DNA of 64,000 nucleotides from Gracilinanus agilis (taxonomy: Eukaryota), in the NCBI RefSeq assembly GCF_016433145.1, contig NC_058131.1, forward strand, positions 534,960,168 through 535,024,167, in the 5' to 3' direction. Position 1 is the first letter of the stretch. Every line of letters begins with the position of its first letter. Positions 25,191-38,049 of this stretch are shown piece by piece. A program made the position numbers and the translations under genes. Below the pieces are notes generated by a model. The model had not been told where the DNA came from and searched no databases. It worked only from the letters and a program-made list of their open reading frames with translations.

Positions 25191-25789
25191 GCTGTTTCTT
25201 TACAACTCAAATTCAGTGTCTCATCTTTGTGTCAGTGTTAGTACTAATGTTAGTTAGTTAGAAAGTGAAAGAGCATATTTATTTTCTCTGTTACAACTGG
25301 CAAATTGTTTTTTAATGATTGCACCTTATATGGCAATTTGTTAGAAAGTATCTTTTCATACTAGTATAGAAGTAAAGCTACAAGAGAACCTAAAGAGTAT
25401 CCAATCCAACCCTTTTTATTCCACAGATTAGAAACTAAGTTTCAGAGGTTAAATGACTTACCTAAGAGCACAGAGTTGGTAAGTGGCTACCGAGATTTAA
25501 ATTCATGTCCTCTCCAAATCTCACAAAAAAGGCAGCATTAATTTGAAATTTTAAGTCACATAAATATAAATAACAAGAATGATACTCATATTATCTTTAG
25601 TAACAAATACTAAACCAAAAGGTATTTACTAAACTTCTACTATGTGCTGAGTAATGTAGTACCCCTTTGTACAGGACATGAATATTAATAAAATGAGGTC
25701 CTTTCATATAAGGATATTATAATTAAATGCAGGAGACAAAATGCATCTACAAATAGTTTTTTAAATAGGAAAAATGTTTCAAGTACAAT

Positions 25790-26035
25790 AATAAGTGGGA
25801 TAGCTAGATGGTATAGTGGGAAGTCAGGAAGACTCATCTTCCTGAGTTCAAATCCAGCCTCAGACACTACTAGGTATATGATCTGATGCAAGTCACTTAA
25901 CCCTCTATGATTCAGGTTTTCATCTGTAAAATGAGCTATAAAAAGAAATGCAAACCATTCCAAAATTTGCCAAAAAATACCCAAATGAGGTTGTCAAGAA
26001 TCAGATATAACTGAAACAATTGAACAACAGCAACC
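25790..26035 (+). mobile_element. Mar1-type SINE
   Basis: gaagtcaggaagactcatcttcctgagttcaaatccagcctcagac with RTE-like tail ending gaacaacagcaac. Confidence 0.88.
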
Positions 26036-26039
26036 ACTA

Positions 26040-26270
26040 TAATAAAGAGATGAATAATGTGCTCCCTTGAACTCAGAAGAAGAAGATATTACTTCCAGTA
26101 ATCAGGGAAGGCTTCATGGAGTAATGTTGGAGCTGGGCCTTGAAAAATATTTCCAACCTAATAAATAGGAGGTCATTGGTAACGTTTAAGAGAACATTTT
26201 CAGTCTAGTGGTGTGGAAGAAGGCCAGATAGCAAAAGCCTGAAGAGCAAAAGATTGAAATAAGCAAAAAT
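26040..26270 (-). mobile_element. L2 fragment
   Basis: aatcagggaaggcttcatggag...ctgggccttgaa; ggaggtcattggtaacgtttaagagaacattttcagt. Confidence 0.65.
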
Positions 26271-26276
26271 GGACAG

Positions 26277-27330
26277 CGAGACCTAGCAGATTGGCTAATA
26301 TGACAGCAAAGGAAAGTAATAAATGTTGGAGAGGATGTGGCAAAATTGGGACACTAATGCATTGCTGGTGGAGTTGTGAATTAATCCAACCATTCTGGAA
26401 GGCAATTTGGAATTATGCCCAAAGGGCTTAAAAGAATGCATACTCTTTGAACTAGCAATATCATTACTGGTTTGTACCCCAAAGAGATAAAAAATGATTG
26501 TACAACAATACTTATAACTGAGCTTTTTGTGGTGGCAAAAAATTGGAAAATGAGGGAGTGTCCCTCAATTAGGGAATGGCTGTGAACAAATTGTGATATT
26601 ATGTTGGTGATGGAATATTACTGTGCTATAAGGAATGTATGCAGGTGGAAAATTGGCCACACCTGAGCTACATTCACAGAATCCTTTTAAGTACATCCTC
26701 ATTTGATGTACAGAGGCTTAGAAGATAAATTTGGCTCATGCTGTGGGGCTCTGTGCTCTGCTCACTTGGTTGAGGGAATCCCTTTCCCTCTCATTTTTGT
26801 TATATTAAATCCTTTAATTTAAAATATCAGGCATATTTATTTATTTTTACTCCTACAAATGATGAACTGCTTGATTTCTATAAAAACTGGAAAGACCTCC
26901 ATGAACTGATTAGGAGTGAAATGAGCAGAACCAGGAGAACATTATACATAGTAACCAAAACTTTGTGGGATGATCAAATGCAATAGACTACAAATTGCTA
27001 CAAATAGCAATGCAAAATGATCAAGAACAATCCTGTAGAACTTATGAAAAGGAATGCTATCCACATCTAGAGAAAGAACTATGGAAGTAGAAACATAGAA
27101 GAAAAACATATGATTTATCACTTGGCTATATGATTTGGGGTTGTGGTTTTAAAAGATTAACCTATTTCAAATGAGTAATATGGAAATAGGTTTTGAGTAA
27201 TAAGACAAGTATAAACCAGTGGAATTACTTGTCAGTTCTGGGAGAGGAGAAGGAAGAAGGGAGGAAGAGAACATGAATCATGTAATCATTGAAAACTATT
27301 CTAAAAACAAATAAATAAATGAATGTCATT
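26277..27330 (+). mobile_element. Relatively young L1 3' end, with an LTR-like insert
   Basis: aataaatgttggagaggatgtggcaaaattgggacactaatgcattgctggtggagttgtgaattaatccaaccattctggaaggcaatttgg. Confidence 0.92.
26638..26857 (+). mobile_element. Short LTR-like insertion (220 bp) in L1
   Basis: Splits the L1 motif aggaatg|atgaac. 4-bp TSD AATG (26634-26637 and 26858-26861). Ends in CA but starts TA rather than TG. ATTAAA near 26804. Confidence 0.6.
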
Positions 27331-27645
27331 AAAAAAAGTGGATAGTGAATATAGGCTACTTTCTTGAAACAAGACAAAAAGAAGTAGGAAATGATGTTAA
27401 TTCGATTGGGTAACAAAGTACAGAATGAGGTTTTTTTTTTAATTTTAATTTTAATTTTTTTTAGAACAGGGAGAGTAGATTTCTAGGACTGTAGGTTTGC
27501 TGGAGCTTGTTCTTAGAAAGATGGAAGGGAGCCAATGAAGACAAAGAGGGTTTGAAGAAAGAAACAAAAAATGTGGTTAATTTCCAGAGTAAGATCCCAA
27601 GAAGTGAGGTAAGGAAGTAGAGATGATTACATTAAAAGTGCAGAT

Positions 27646-27902
27646 ACTTGGGAGTGGTGGTTCATGCTTATAATCCCTGCTGAGAGTAGAATATCACTTG
27701 AGTTTTGACCTGCAATGGGCTGGGTTGGTCGGGTATCTGCACTGTCCAGAATTAATATGATGATTTCTGTCAGGGCTCAGGGGTAGGACAAGATGAAATG
27801 ACACAGGTAAGAAATGAAGAAGTTCCAAGTTCCAGAGCTCATCAGTATGAGTAGTCACTAGACTTAAAGCCTCGATGAGACAGGGAGATTAAAGACATTT
27901 TT
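27646..27902 (+). pseudogene. RN7SL: Degraded 7SL RNA retrocopy (7SL-derived repeat)
   Basis: Colinear with 7SL: gggagtggtggttcatgcttataatccc (Alu domain), ggtcgggtatctgcact...aatatgatga (S domain), gctcatcagta, aagcctcg...gaga. Probable TSD AAAAGTGCAG / AAAAGCACAG. Confidence 0.8.
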
Positions 27903-28924
27903 AAAAAGCACAGTTTATTCAACTTGGAAAACAGGAGGCCCAAAGAAAAGAGAGTATGTGGTTACAGCAAGAGTATTATTGAAATGCCTGGCTGTGTGGA
28001 ACAGGATACTTAGAAAGGCAACTAAAGCCAGATTTGGGGGTGAGAGACTGGGAAAATAAGATGGTATGGAGGCACTTGAGGACAATATGGGAGCAAAGAG
28101 CAGCCTCAGTAAGAGCGAGGGAGTAGGAGGAGGGGGGTAGAACAACAAAGGAAGCAATCATACTTCTGTTTGTCCTTATTTATTTTCCAAGTGGAAACTA
28201 TCACAAGCCACAATATTTGCACATCCTCGTGAATATCAGTCATTTTTCAAAGATGTCAACTGATTAAATCAGATGAACCTACACTTCTTGGAGGTTCACT
28301 TAAATCTTAATTTTTTTTATCCCCATTATTTCCAGCATTCTCTAACTGCAGCTGATTATCAGCCCAAGAATGCACCCTTCAAGCAGCACAGAAGAAACAA
28401 TGCAAGGCATAATTAATGGAATTTGCTGTTCTTTAACAATAGGAATATTTGACATTTAATTCTTTTGAATCCGTCCTTCATTACCATGGACATCCTGGCA
28501 TACATTGTATGCATATTCTCCAGGCAGCCAAAAACCTCAATTCAGAGAATGAAAAATCCTCAGTTCTCCTGCAGGTTTTCCTAAGAACTTCCATGTCAAT
28601 GCTGAACCAGTCACATAATTTGGACCAACACCAGTGTCCTGGAAACATCCACTATATGGTATTACAACTAACTTCCAATGAAAACATTTGCTTTGCCAAA
28701 GAGCACTTAAGAAAGCCTAGTAATGTCTATGTGAAGAGAATTAAGTATCTTAAAGTCTTCCTGTTCAGGAAAGGAATTTACATGGAACATATTTAGAGTT
28801 TCAGTTACCCTCCAATACCTTTTCCCTTGACATTTAAAACTAGGTTTTCCCTTCCAATTCCATATATAGGATCATAGGATGTTAGATTTAGAGTTGATAT
28901 ATGAACTCTAAATCTATCATCTTA

Positions 28925-29060
28925 TACATATCTATCTCTCTCTCTATATAGATACATGTATATATGTACATTATAAAATTACATATTATAATTATTTATA
29001 TATACATATATTTATATATAAATCTCTATATATCAACACATACATATTATGACTATATAT
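28925..29060. repeat. TA/CT low-complexity tract
   Basis: Direct inspection. Confidence 0.75.
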
Positions 29061-29697
29061 TCAAAAGAAAAGAAATATACATCATTTTAATCTAACTCAG
29101 TGACTATTCCCAAATGCTTACATTTAAAGAGTGCAGATCTGTCAAATGAATTTACATTTTCTTTATTGTAATCTTTATTTCTTTCACCATCAGCAAGAAT
29201 GATTTACCTTTAGGTGTTATTTTAAAATGTACAAATTATTTTACATTAAATCATTTTATACTAACAACATCTCTGTACTGTGGCTAAATAGGTAGGTTAA
29301 GAGGCAGTGTGGTATAATGGATAGAGCCCTGAATTTAGAGTCAGGAAGGCCTGTAATCAAATCTTCCCCTTGTTTTTTTTTTTTTTTTTTAATTTTACTT
29401 TTAGGCTGGATCTTCCAACCTTTCTCAAGTGGGAGTATAGCAGACACTCATGGACCCAATCCCAATACCAATCATCATGGAAACTTTGATCTGGTCTGTT
29501 TTGTATGTTGGTTGGTTTGCCTTTCCTTAGGCATTCTGTTGCCTCCTCCAATCCTCCCACTGGACTTAGTGCAGTCCCTCCTTTATCTCTACTACAGCTC
29601 AGAACACCTACAACCCAAGCAATCAACCTACCCTAGTATCTGGCATGAGACATTAAGCCCAAAAATCTTTCTTATTCTTAAGAATTATGCAACACTG

Positions 29698-29895
29698 AGG
29701 AAAGCTAGGTGGCTTAGTGGATAGAGCCAGGCTTAGAGATGGGAAGTCCTGGGTTTCAATCTGGTTCTCAGATACTTCCTACCTTTGTAATCCCGGGGAA
29801 GTTACCTAACTCCAGTTGCCTAGCCCTTACTGCCCTTGTCTTGAAGCCAATACCCAGTATCAATTCTAAGACAGAAGATAAAAGTTAAAAAAAAT
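29698..29895 (+). mobile_element. SINE1_Mdo-like element
   Basis: aagctaggtggcttagtggatagagccaggcttagagatgggaagtcctggg...agacagaagataaaagttaaaaaa. Confidence 0.88.
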
Positions 29896-30479
29896 TATTA
29901 TGCAATCCTGGGTAAGTCACTAATGCTCTTTGAATTTGTTTGCTTATCTATAAAATAAATGTTTCCATCAATTGAGAAACAATTAAACGTATTATGAAAA
30001 ATGAATGTAATGAAATATTAGTATACTATAAAAATACTGATTATGAAGAAGACAGAGAAGCATGGGAAGATTTATATGAATTGAAGAAGAGAGAAGTAAG
30101 CAAAACAAAGAAAACTATATATATATATATATATGAATATATATGCTAATTTCAACTAAGTAATTGGAAGGTATAACCCCACGAAATGAACATATGCATA
30201 ATTATAATAACCAAATTTCACTCTAGAGATTCAAGAAAATGAATTTTCTCTTCTTCATTTACAGAAGGAGGAGACCATGGATGTGGACTGTTGCTTATAC
30301 TACCATTACTTCTAGCCACACTCAAAGTTCAGCACTAATACCTACAAGATACCCTTCCAGATTCCCCAAGATACATACTCCTTCACCCCAATTAGATATT
30401 GTTTCTTCTCAATAAAATATAAGTTTCTTAAGGTCAGGGACTGTTCTTTTTTTTTTTTTTTTTTTAAATTCCTAACACT

Positions 30480-30690
30480 GACAGAGCCAATATGGCAGAG
30501 TACAGGTCAGGACCCAGGGGAATTCTCCCAACATTTCCCTCCAAACAACTTTAAAATGATGCCTCACATCAAATTTTGTAGCAGCAGAGTCAACAAAAGG
30601 TTAGAGGGAGATGTTTTTCTAGTCTAAGAGAACCTAGGAGGTCCAAAGGAGAGCTCTATAACACCAAGAAGGGTACAAGCCCAAGCGTGA
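30480..30690 (+). mobile_element. L1 5' UTR start fragment
   Basis: gagccaatatggcagag...ccctccaaacaactttaaaatgatgcctc...gcagcagagtcaacaaaagg resembles the recalled start of marsupial L1 (GAGCCAAGATGGC). Confidence 0.6.
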
Positions 30691-30714
30691 CTGGTACAGA
30701 ATCTACTATGTTTC

Positions 30715-31545
30715 AACTGAAATAAAAAAAAAGGCATCATGATCTTAGACAAAGCAAAAGCAAAAATAGGCCTAAATAAAAGAGATAATTAGGAAATTAC
30801 ATTTTGCTAAAAGGTATTATAGACAATGAAGTAATATAAAAAATTGATAGCAAATTTTAATAAAGGTCTCATGCAGAGGAAACTGAATCAAATTTATAAA
30901 AATAAGAGTCATTCCACAATTGACAGGTGATCAAAGGACCATGCAGTTTTCAGAATATTAAATCAAGGCTATCAATAATTATATGGAAAATGCTCTAAAT
31001 CAGTATTGATTAAAGAAAGGCAAATTAAAACAACTCTGAGGTACCACCTCACCTATCAGAAATGGCAAATACTGGAGGAGATAAGGGAAAATAGGCACAT
31101 TAATAAACTACTGGTGGAGTAGTGAACTGGACCAACCATTCTAGAGAACAATCTGAAACTGTATCCCAAGGACTATAAAACCATGCATATTTGGATCAAG
31201 CAAGACTACTGTTTTATTTATTACCAGTAAGGCCTATACCCCAAAGTGTTCAAGGAAAAAGGCCCATATGTACAAAAATATTTATATGTGCTCTCTTTGT
31301 GGTGGCAAGGATTGAAAATCAATGAGATACTCACCAATTGGGGAATGGTTGAATAATCTGTGGCATATTATTGTGAAAGAGTGAAAGGGAACTGATGCAA
31401 AGAGAAGTGAGAAAACTGGGAGGTCATTGTGCACAATGATAGCAATGTTGTAATGATGATCATCTGTGAAAGACTTGGCTACTCTGATTAATACAATGAT
31501 TCAGGATAATTCCAAAGGATTTATGATGAAACAATGCTATCTACC
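30715..31545 (+). mobile_element. L1 ORF2 C-terminal region and 3' UTR
   Basis: gcaaattaaaacaactctgaggtaccacctcacctatcag...tacaaaaatatttat. Confidence 0.88.
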
Positions 31546-32029
31546 TGGGGTGCTAGAATTCAGATAGATGAGACCTCAAAAACAGGCTAATAAACTATTT
31601 TAAAGATGAGGAAATTGAGGCCAGAGAGGTGTTGTGATTTGCTGAGAGTTGCAAGGTCCAGAATTTGAACTTAAGTGCTCTGTATCTGAATATAGTGTTC
31701 ACTCCACTCCTCCAAGGCAAGGGTATAAAAGCTACAGTGATTTAGAAATACCTAAGATGGTCATAATTTGAACCCTGGTCCTTTGGCAATTCCATACAGA
31801 TTTCCAAGGCCCCTTCCAGTTCTCAGGATCTATAAGATAAAAATGACAAAATATTATCATTTCATGTCTTTTCCATTCTATAACTCTTTGACTTTTTAAT
31901 ATAATGGTAATTAGAGAATTAGTGTTCTAAGGACAGATTAGTGTTCTAAAGACCCTCTGAGTTCAATGAGTCCAACTCTCCTTTTTAACCAAAACCACAG
32001 CTTAAGTGAGCTGATTAGGCTCACAAGCT

Positions 32030-32470
32030 AGTAAGTAAATAAAGTCAATAAGTATTTATTAAGTACCTACTATGTGCCAAGCACTATGCTAAGTGTTAAG
32101 GATACAATGCAAAAGGCAATTTCTGCTCTTAGGAAAGCACACAGTTTAAAGTGATAGACAATATGCAAAACAATTATGTACAAATGATTTAATAATATAC
32201 ATATCTTTATATAATATGTATAATAAATATTATATGTACATATATTTATTTATAAAGGGAAAAAATGGACAAAGCATTAGAATTAAGGAGTATTGGAAAA
32301 TCCCTTTCCTGTAGAAGAAAGGGCTTTAGTGGGGACATGAAGGAAGACAAAGAAGCCGAGAAGTGGAGCTGGTGAGCAAGAGCATTATGGGAATGGGGGG
32401 ACAACTGGTGAAGATGCATGAAGTAGAGAGATGGAGTGTCTTGTATAAGAAATGGTAAGGAGACCAATGC
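32030..32470 (-). mobile_element. L2 3' fragment
   Basis: caataagtatttattaagtacctactatgtgccaagcactatgctaagtgttaaggatac. Confidence 0.85.
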
Positions 32471-33254
32471 CACTGGCTAGCAGTTTATGTGCATGTGGTG
32501 AGGAGTAGCTGGTGGTGTAAGGTGTAAGAAGGCTAGTAAATGTCTGAAGCCAGATTTGAACCCTTCTTCCTGACTTCAAGTTCATCATTCTATCTAATAA
32601 ATTATCTGTTTAACCTTCACAGAATGACAGGAACAAAAAAATGTTATTTCCTGGTTACGATTTACTTTCTGACTAAAACCATTATTAGAACTTAATCTCT
32701 TTCACTAATTAGCTATGTGACCTTGGTCAAGTCTCTGAAAATCTCTGCTTACTTATTTGTAAAATGAGGAAATTGGACTAGGTGATCTCTAAATTTTTTT
32801 TTCTAGTTCAAATTCTCTACTAACCCAGTCAGACTAGCCTGAGTAAGTCAAGTCTATTTTCATTGGAGCAAAGAGCAGAGTGCTACCGTGTACCCTTATG
32901 TTTCTTATTTTCCTGATCAATCTGTTTTTACTAATTTTAATTTATAATCAGCACAACTGAAGCTCCCTAATCATATCAGGCATGTCAGTCCTTTGAGGAA
33001 ACAAGTAGGATTTCACATCAAGGAGCCTGGCTTTCATTCACAGAGGAGGAGACCCTCCAGGCTACTGCTCTCTAGAAGTAGGGCTAGGTGTTTCACACAT
33101 TATCACAGTTAAGATTCAAACCAGATCCCTTCAAGGCCACGAGCAAAATAGCGACAGTTAAAGCAAAGTCATTCCCAACCTGGTCAGTACAGGCAGAGAG
33201 AAAGTGAGCCTGTCCTATTAGGGCCAAAAATCTTTGGGTTTGGAGAGGAGCACA

Positions 33255-33440
33255 CAATATAGTACAGTGGAATGAACAGTAGTTTGGGAACCAAAGGGTA
33301 GGGGGACAGCCAAGTCTTCCTCCTGATACTTATTGCCTCTGTGATCCTGGGCAAGTCACAACTTCCAAGAACCTTAGTTTCTTCATATATAAATGAGAAA
33401 GTTTGGAATAAATGGCTTCTGAGATTTCTTCTAGATGCAT
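33255..33440 (+). mobile_element. MIR3-type SINE
   Basis: tagtacagtggaatgaacag...tgatcctgggcaagtcacaacttcc. Confidence 0.7.
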
Positions 33441-33609
33441 GTTTCTATGGCTAGAATAAAATAGAAGACTTTGCTTTGAAACTGAAGAGACGGTCACCTT
33501 AAATATCTTTTCCTAATCTTTCCAATATGTTAAAACTTCTCAGATATTTGCATATATAAATACCAACACATACATGTGTATAGTATAAACTTATCTGTGT
33601 ATATGTTGT

Positions 33610-33720
33610 TTTATCTCAGGATAATGTAAGTTCTAGAGGCAAGTACTAGTTCATTTTTGTATCCCCAGTGCCTAGAACATAGTAGATGCTTAATAAATGT
33701 GTATTGTTGAATTGAATGAT
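33610..33720 (+). mobile_element. L2 3' terminus
   Basis: tttgtatccccagtgcctagaacatagtagatgcttaataaatgtgtattgttgaattgaat. Confidence 0.85.
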
Positions 33721-34548
33721 CCAGGAGGTAAGGGGCAATCGGGTTCACCTTACCTGGATTCAGTTTTATGCTTTGTGTCATATCACAGTTTAACATTATA
33801 GACAAATGAGCCTAGTCCTACCATGGGGGACATGTCATGGTCCAGGAGGGCCCTTTGGTGGGTATTTTTGGCTTGTAAAACCAAGAGACAGGATGTGTTC
33901 TCCTTGCTTGCTGAAAGTGCCAGCTCGTGTCAAGCTTCACTAGGCACACAAGGCTCTGATTTTGTATCATTAAAGACTCATTATCTCTTTTAACTTCTGT
34001 TGGAAGCATTCATCCATATCCTCAGCTACTCCTGAAACAATAGAGGATCTGAGCTTGGTAATAATGCTCACTTATTTATTTTATTTATCTATAGCAGCTT
34101 AAAGAGCCTTTAAAGGATGGATTGGGTTTCACAATATAAAGACATTAAAAAAAAACACCAAACCACACACTCTTGCTCATGGAAAATCTGAAAGGTTATT
34201 TCTGTAAGTCATTTCAATCTTAAAATGTGGAGGAAAATCAGCCCAGGCAAGTTTCTTAGAGCCATGGGTCTGCGTATACCTGAATGCTAAATTCCTGTTG
34301 GGGAAATATTGTATTTTTCCAAAGGAGAATGGCATGCTTTGCTTCTGCTTAGCCACAAAGAGAAAAATACTTTAATAAGAATGAAACAGGCTCAGCGTAT
34401 TGATCTTGCCAATTTGTTGGGTATTAATATATATCCGGCTCGTAGCTAAATTCTCCATTGAATTCAACAGTGGATTATATGAACAGTAATTTCTACATTT
34501 GTGGGCTTTGTTTACACTTTCATTATAGCTCTACTGCATTATCTGATG

Positions 34549-34696
34549 NNNNNNNNNNNNNNNNNNNNNNNNNNNNNNNNNNNNNNNNNNNNNNNNNNNN
34601 NNNNNNNNNNNNNNNNNNNNNNNNNNNNNNNNNNNNNNNNNNNNNNNNNNNNNNNNNNNNNNNNNNNNNNNNNNNNNNNNNNNNNNNNNNNNNNNN
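34549..34696. other. Assembly gap (148 N)
   Basis: Run of N. Confidence 1.
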
Positions 34697-35849
34697 CCAG
34701 TTTTAATTCATTGCAGAAAGTTATAGATACCAAAATGCATTTAATGTAATCTGATCTCTTTATTCAGTCCTGAATTTACGAGCAATTCACCAGGAGTCGA
34801 ATGACAACTTTGTTTTAAAAATAGTAGTCTATATCGAATACCATTTTAATATATCTCTGACATATTTACATTTAAAGAGTGGAAGGGGGGAGTGGAATCT
34901 TTAGACATAAATTTCTCTTTTCACAGGGAAAAGCCTGGGAAATATGATACTTTTGTTCACTAGAACATGATCTGTCATTATAACATAGGTCAGCTTGTTG
35001 ATAACAGTTAAATAAATCCAACTCATCAGTACAGCTGGTAAACAGATTAGGAGATCCCAAGATTACTAAGCATTTCATTTCAAGAAGGAGGCAAATTGTA
35101 TCACCACACTCTATTCCATAAATGGCCATTTTATGCCAACAAAAGTAGGATTTCTCTTCAGGTTAGAATGACCAAATGTTCTTGGTTCAAGTTGGTCGAC
35201 AAGAAGAAATGACCAAAAACTCTGTAGTCAATTTCCTATAAGGGAATGAATTCCTACAAATGCCAAACATCTGTCAACTATTGTGTGAGTATTGGACTTT
35301 ATCCTTCCCACTGGGTCCAAAGTCATGTTTGGTAACATTGACCCTGTCATCATCATGAAGCTGACATGACCCACCTGGATTAAGATAAAACAATCTCCTT
35401 TCCATCATATTTGAATCTTTCTTCTTTATTCCCATAAAGTGCTTCCTACTTTCAGACAGCCATAGAGATGAACAAAATGAAAATTGTATTTCCTATTTCC
35501 ATTAACCTTAAAAACCACAAGATACTAGAATCAAGAATAAGAAGGAAACATAGCAATCACTTAAAGATTGGCTAATTCACCCGCCTCATTTTATAGATGA
35601 GAAAACAGATTCAGAGAGGATAAATGAGGTTCCCATCTACCACAAAGGTAGCAGAGGTGAAGTCTGAATCTTAATTTTCTGATTGCAAATCTAGTGCTAT
35701 TTTTCACCATTCTCTTGTTTTATTTTTGTTTTTTTTTTCTCCAGAAAATGAAAGTGACTTCATGTTGAACAATTTAGAACAGTTTATGGTATCTTTTAAA
35801 ATAATTTATTCATCCTAGTTATCTGTCACTGAAAACCACAATGCATTTT

Positions 35850-36150
35850 CATAGACTCTCAGTGTTAGGAGAGACCTTTGAGGACATCAACTGGTGCTAA
35901 AATAGAAATCTCCTCTACAATATTCCAACAAATGACCATCCAGTTTGTTTTTAAAAGGTTCTTTTATCAGGAAACTCACTATCTCTCAAGACAGTCCATT
36001 CCAGATGAGATCTAAATGTGACGATTCCCCATCCCTCCCCCTATATTTATTATAAATTTACCTTTCAGCAACTTTAAATCCTTTTCTCCTTGTTCTTTCT
36101 GTTCTTTCTTCTGGAGACAAAGTAAATCTTTTCCTTCTATATCAACAAGC
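35850..36150 (-). mobile_element. L3/CR1 fragment
   Basis: aatctcctctacaatattccaacaaatgaccatccag...ggaaactcactatctctcaagacagtccattcc. Confidence 0.7.
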
Positions 36151-36187
36151 CAACAAAAATTTATTAGATTTCTACTATGTGCCAATT

Positions 36188-36460
36188 ATGGGCAGCTAGT
36201 TGGTACAGTGGATAGAGCCCTGGGCCTGGAGTTGCAAAGATATAAATTCAATTCTGACCTCAGACACTTACTTACTAGTCATGTGATTCTAGAAGGGCAA
36301 GTCACTTAAACCCTATTTGTCTCAGTTCTTCATCTGTAAAATGGGTACACACTAGAGAATAAAATGGCAAATTACTCCAATATCTTTGTCAAGAAAACCC
36401 CACGGATAAGTCCAGGGGGTCAAGAAGAATCAGAAACGACTTTAGGACTGAAAACTAATA
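36188..36460 (+). mobile_element. Mar1-type SINE
   Basis: gggcagctagttggtacagtggatagagccctgggcctgg...aaaatggcaaattactccaatatctttgtcaagaaaacccc. Confidence 0.88.
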
Positions 36461-37680
36461 ATGTGCCAGTTCTTTCAACTAATCCCCTATGGCATGATTT
36501 GGAGTGCACCCACCATCCTGTTGGCCCTGTTTTTCTAAAATAAATATGGTGATAACTTCTCGTCAGCATCTTCCAAGTTTTATGAAAAAGAATCTGTCAT
36601 TTAGTACAAATTTTATATAATGGCAAAAAATACAGTAGTAAAAGTCTGAATAAAGGAAATTTAGTATAATCTAGTAGGTCATTTTGGGGACTAGAATACT
36701 GTACTATGTCATTTCCAAGTTACAACAGCCACAGACAACATTATTTTCAAAATGGAAATGAAATTGCTAGTTCTTGCTTAGTGGATAGTGTTCATTTCCA
36801 TTCAAGGACTATTCCAAACCAAAAAATGAGTTCCTTTCAAATAATTATATTTGATTTGTTGATTTTACTGCGGTAGAATTGTGAAATGAGACTAAACTTC
36901 TCATTCAATTATTCTTTTTTATTCTATTACATCTCTCTTTTAAAAAGCGCATAGGTTAGTTTGGATAGGCAGTTGGTAGAGGATTAAAAAAGTGGGAGAG
37001 AGAGTACTGGAAGAAAATTTATTTTCAGAATTAATGGCCAAATGCCCTAACATATTTAGGTCAAAGAAATCAAAAGGGAAAATATTTTGCTAGAGCAGCC
37101 TACCTTCAGCCAATTAATATAGACTTACATCCCCTAAAGGGATGCTCAATTCAATCAAGTTTAGATGATGTGAAAAAGGGAGGGAACTACTCCTTCGCTT
37201 GAAAGAGAACTTATTTCAGAGCCCATGAAAACTAGAAACAAGTCCAAGAAACTCCCCAAAATGCTTCTTAGTACATTGCCCAAGTTTTCTTTTGCTCAAT
37301 TTCATCCAATTATTCCTAATTATTCACTCCCTGCTCTAGTTCCATTTTATTTATGCCCTTCCAATCCTGGCTGACTTGTCATACTTCCCTCAGTTATCAC
37401 CCAGCCCAGCTGAATTGAGTTATTCAAAGTTTAATTTATAAATTAAACTTCCTAATCAACTTCATTTCCTCCTTTTAGTTCCTCGTTTTTATAAAAAAAA
37501 AAGACTATGGTTATTCCACAAATATCTATTTAGTGATGGCACACAAAGGGCTCTAAATATGAATTCCCAGTTCATGAATGCGAGATCTTTATCAGAGTAG
37601 GTCCAACCAATCAGTGCAACTGAAACATCTACAAGGTTATTCTTCCTTCTTAACCTTTTCTTATATGTCTTCTATTTGGA

Positions 37681-37795
37681 GATATAATTTTAAAAGTTAA
37701 AATAAAAAAAAATTAAAATTTAGTTTTTTAATTTAATTAACCAATTAATTAAAGTTAATTAAAATTAATTTAATTTTAAAATTAAAAATATTTTC
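37681..37795. repeat. Near-pure AT low-complexity (TTAA-rich) tract
   Basis: Direct inspection. Confidence 0.85.
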
Positions 37796-38049
37796 TGACA
37801 GATTTTGCTCTTTTTATGGCAGTATAATTTCTTGGACATGTCAAGATTGTTAAGTAAAATCAGAAGTATTGTATTTGATTTTTGCCATCTTAGTTTTAGT
37901 CACTTCATTGCTTCCTTCCCACAGTCATCACAAATATTCAAAGGCTATTTTCAAGTTGCAAAATTATGTATCACAAGCCAAAATACTGTGCTGATAGAAG
38001 ATGAAATCAGCAACACCATCTCCTAATACCTACAGTCCTCAATTTTTAA

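Noticed and set aside
4032-34749. ORFs containing X runs (around 4032-4373, 21582-21985 and 34458-34749)
   Set aside because: Artefacts of translating through N gaps.
37681-37795. AT-only quasi-palindromic tract as an origin or cruciform element
   Set aside because: Indistinguishable from slippage-generated low-complexity DNA.
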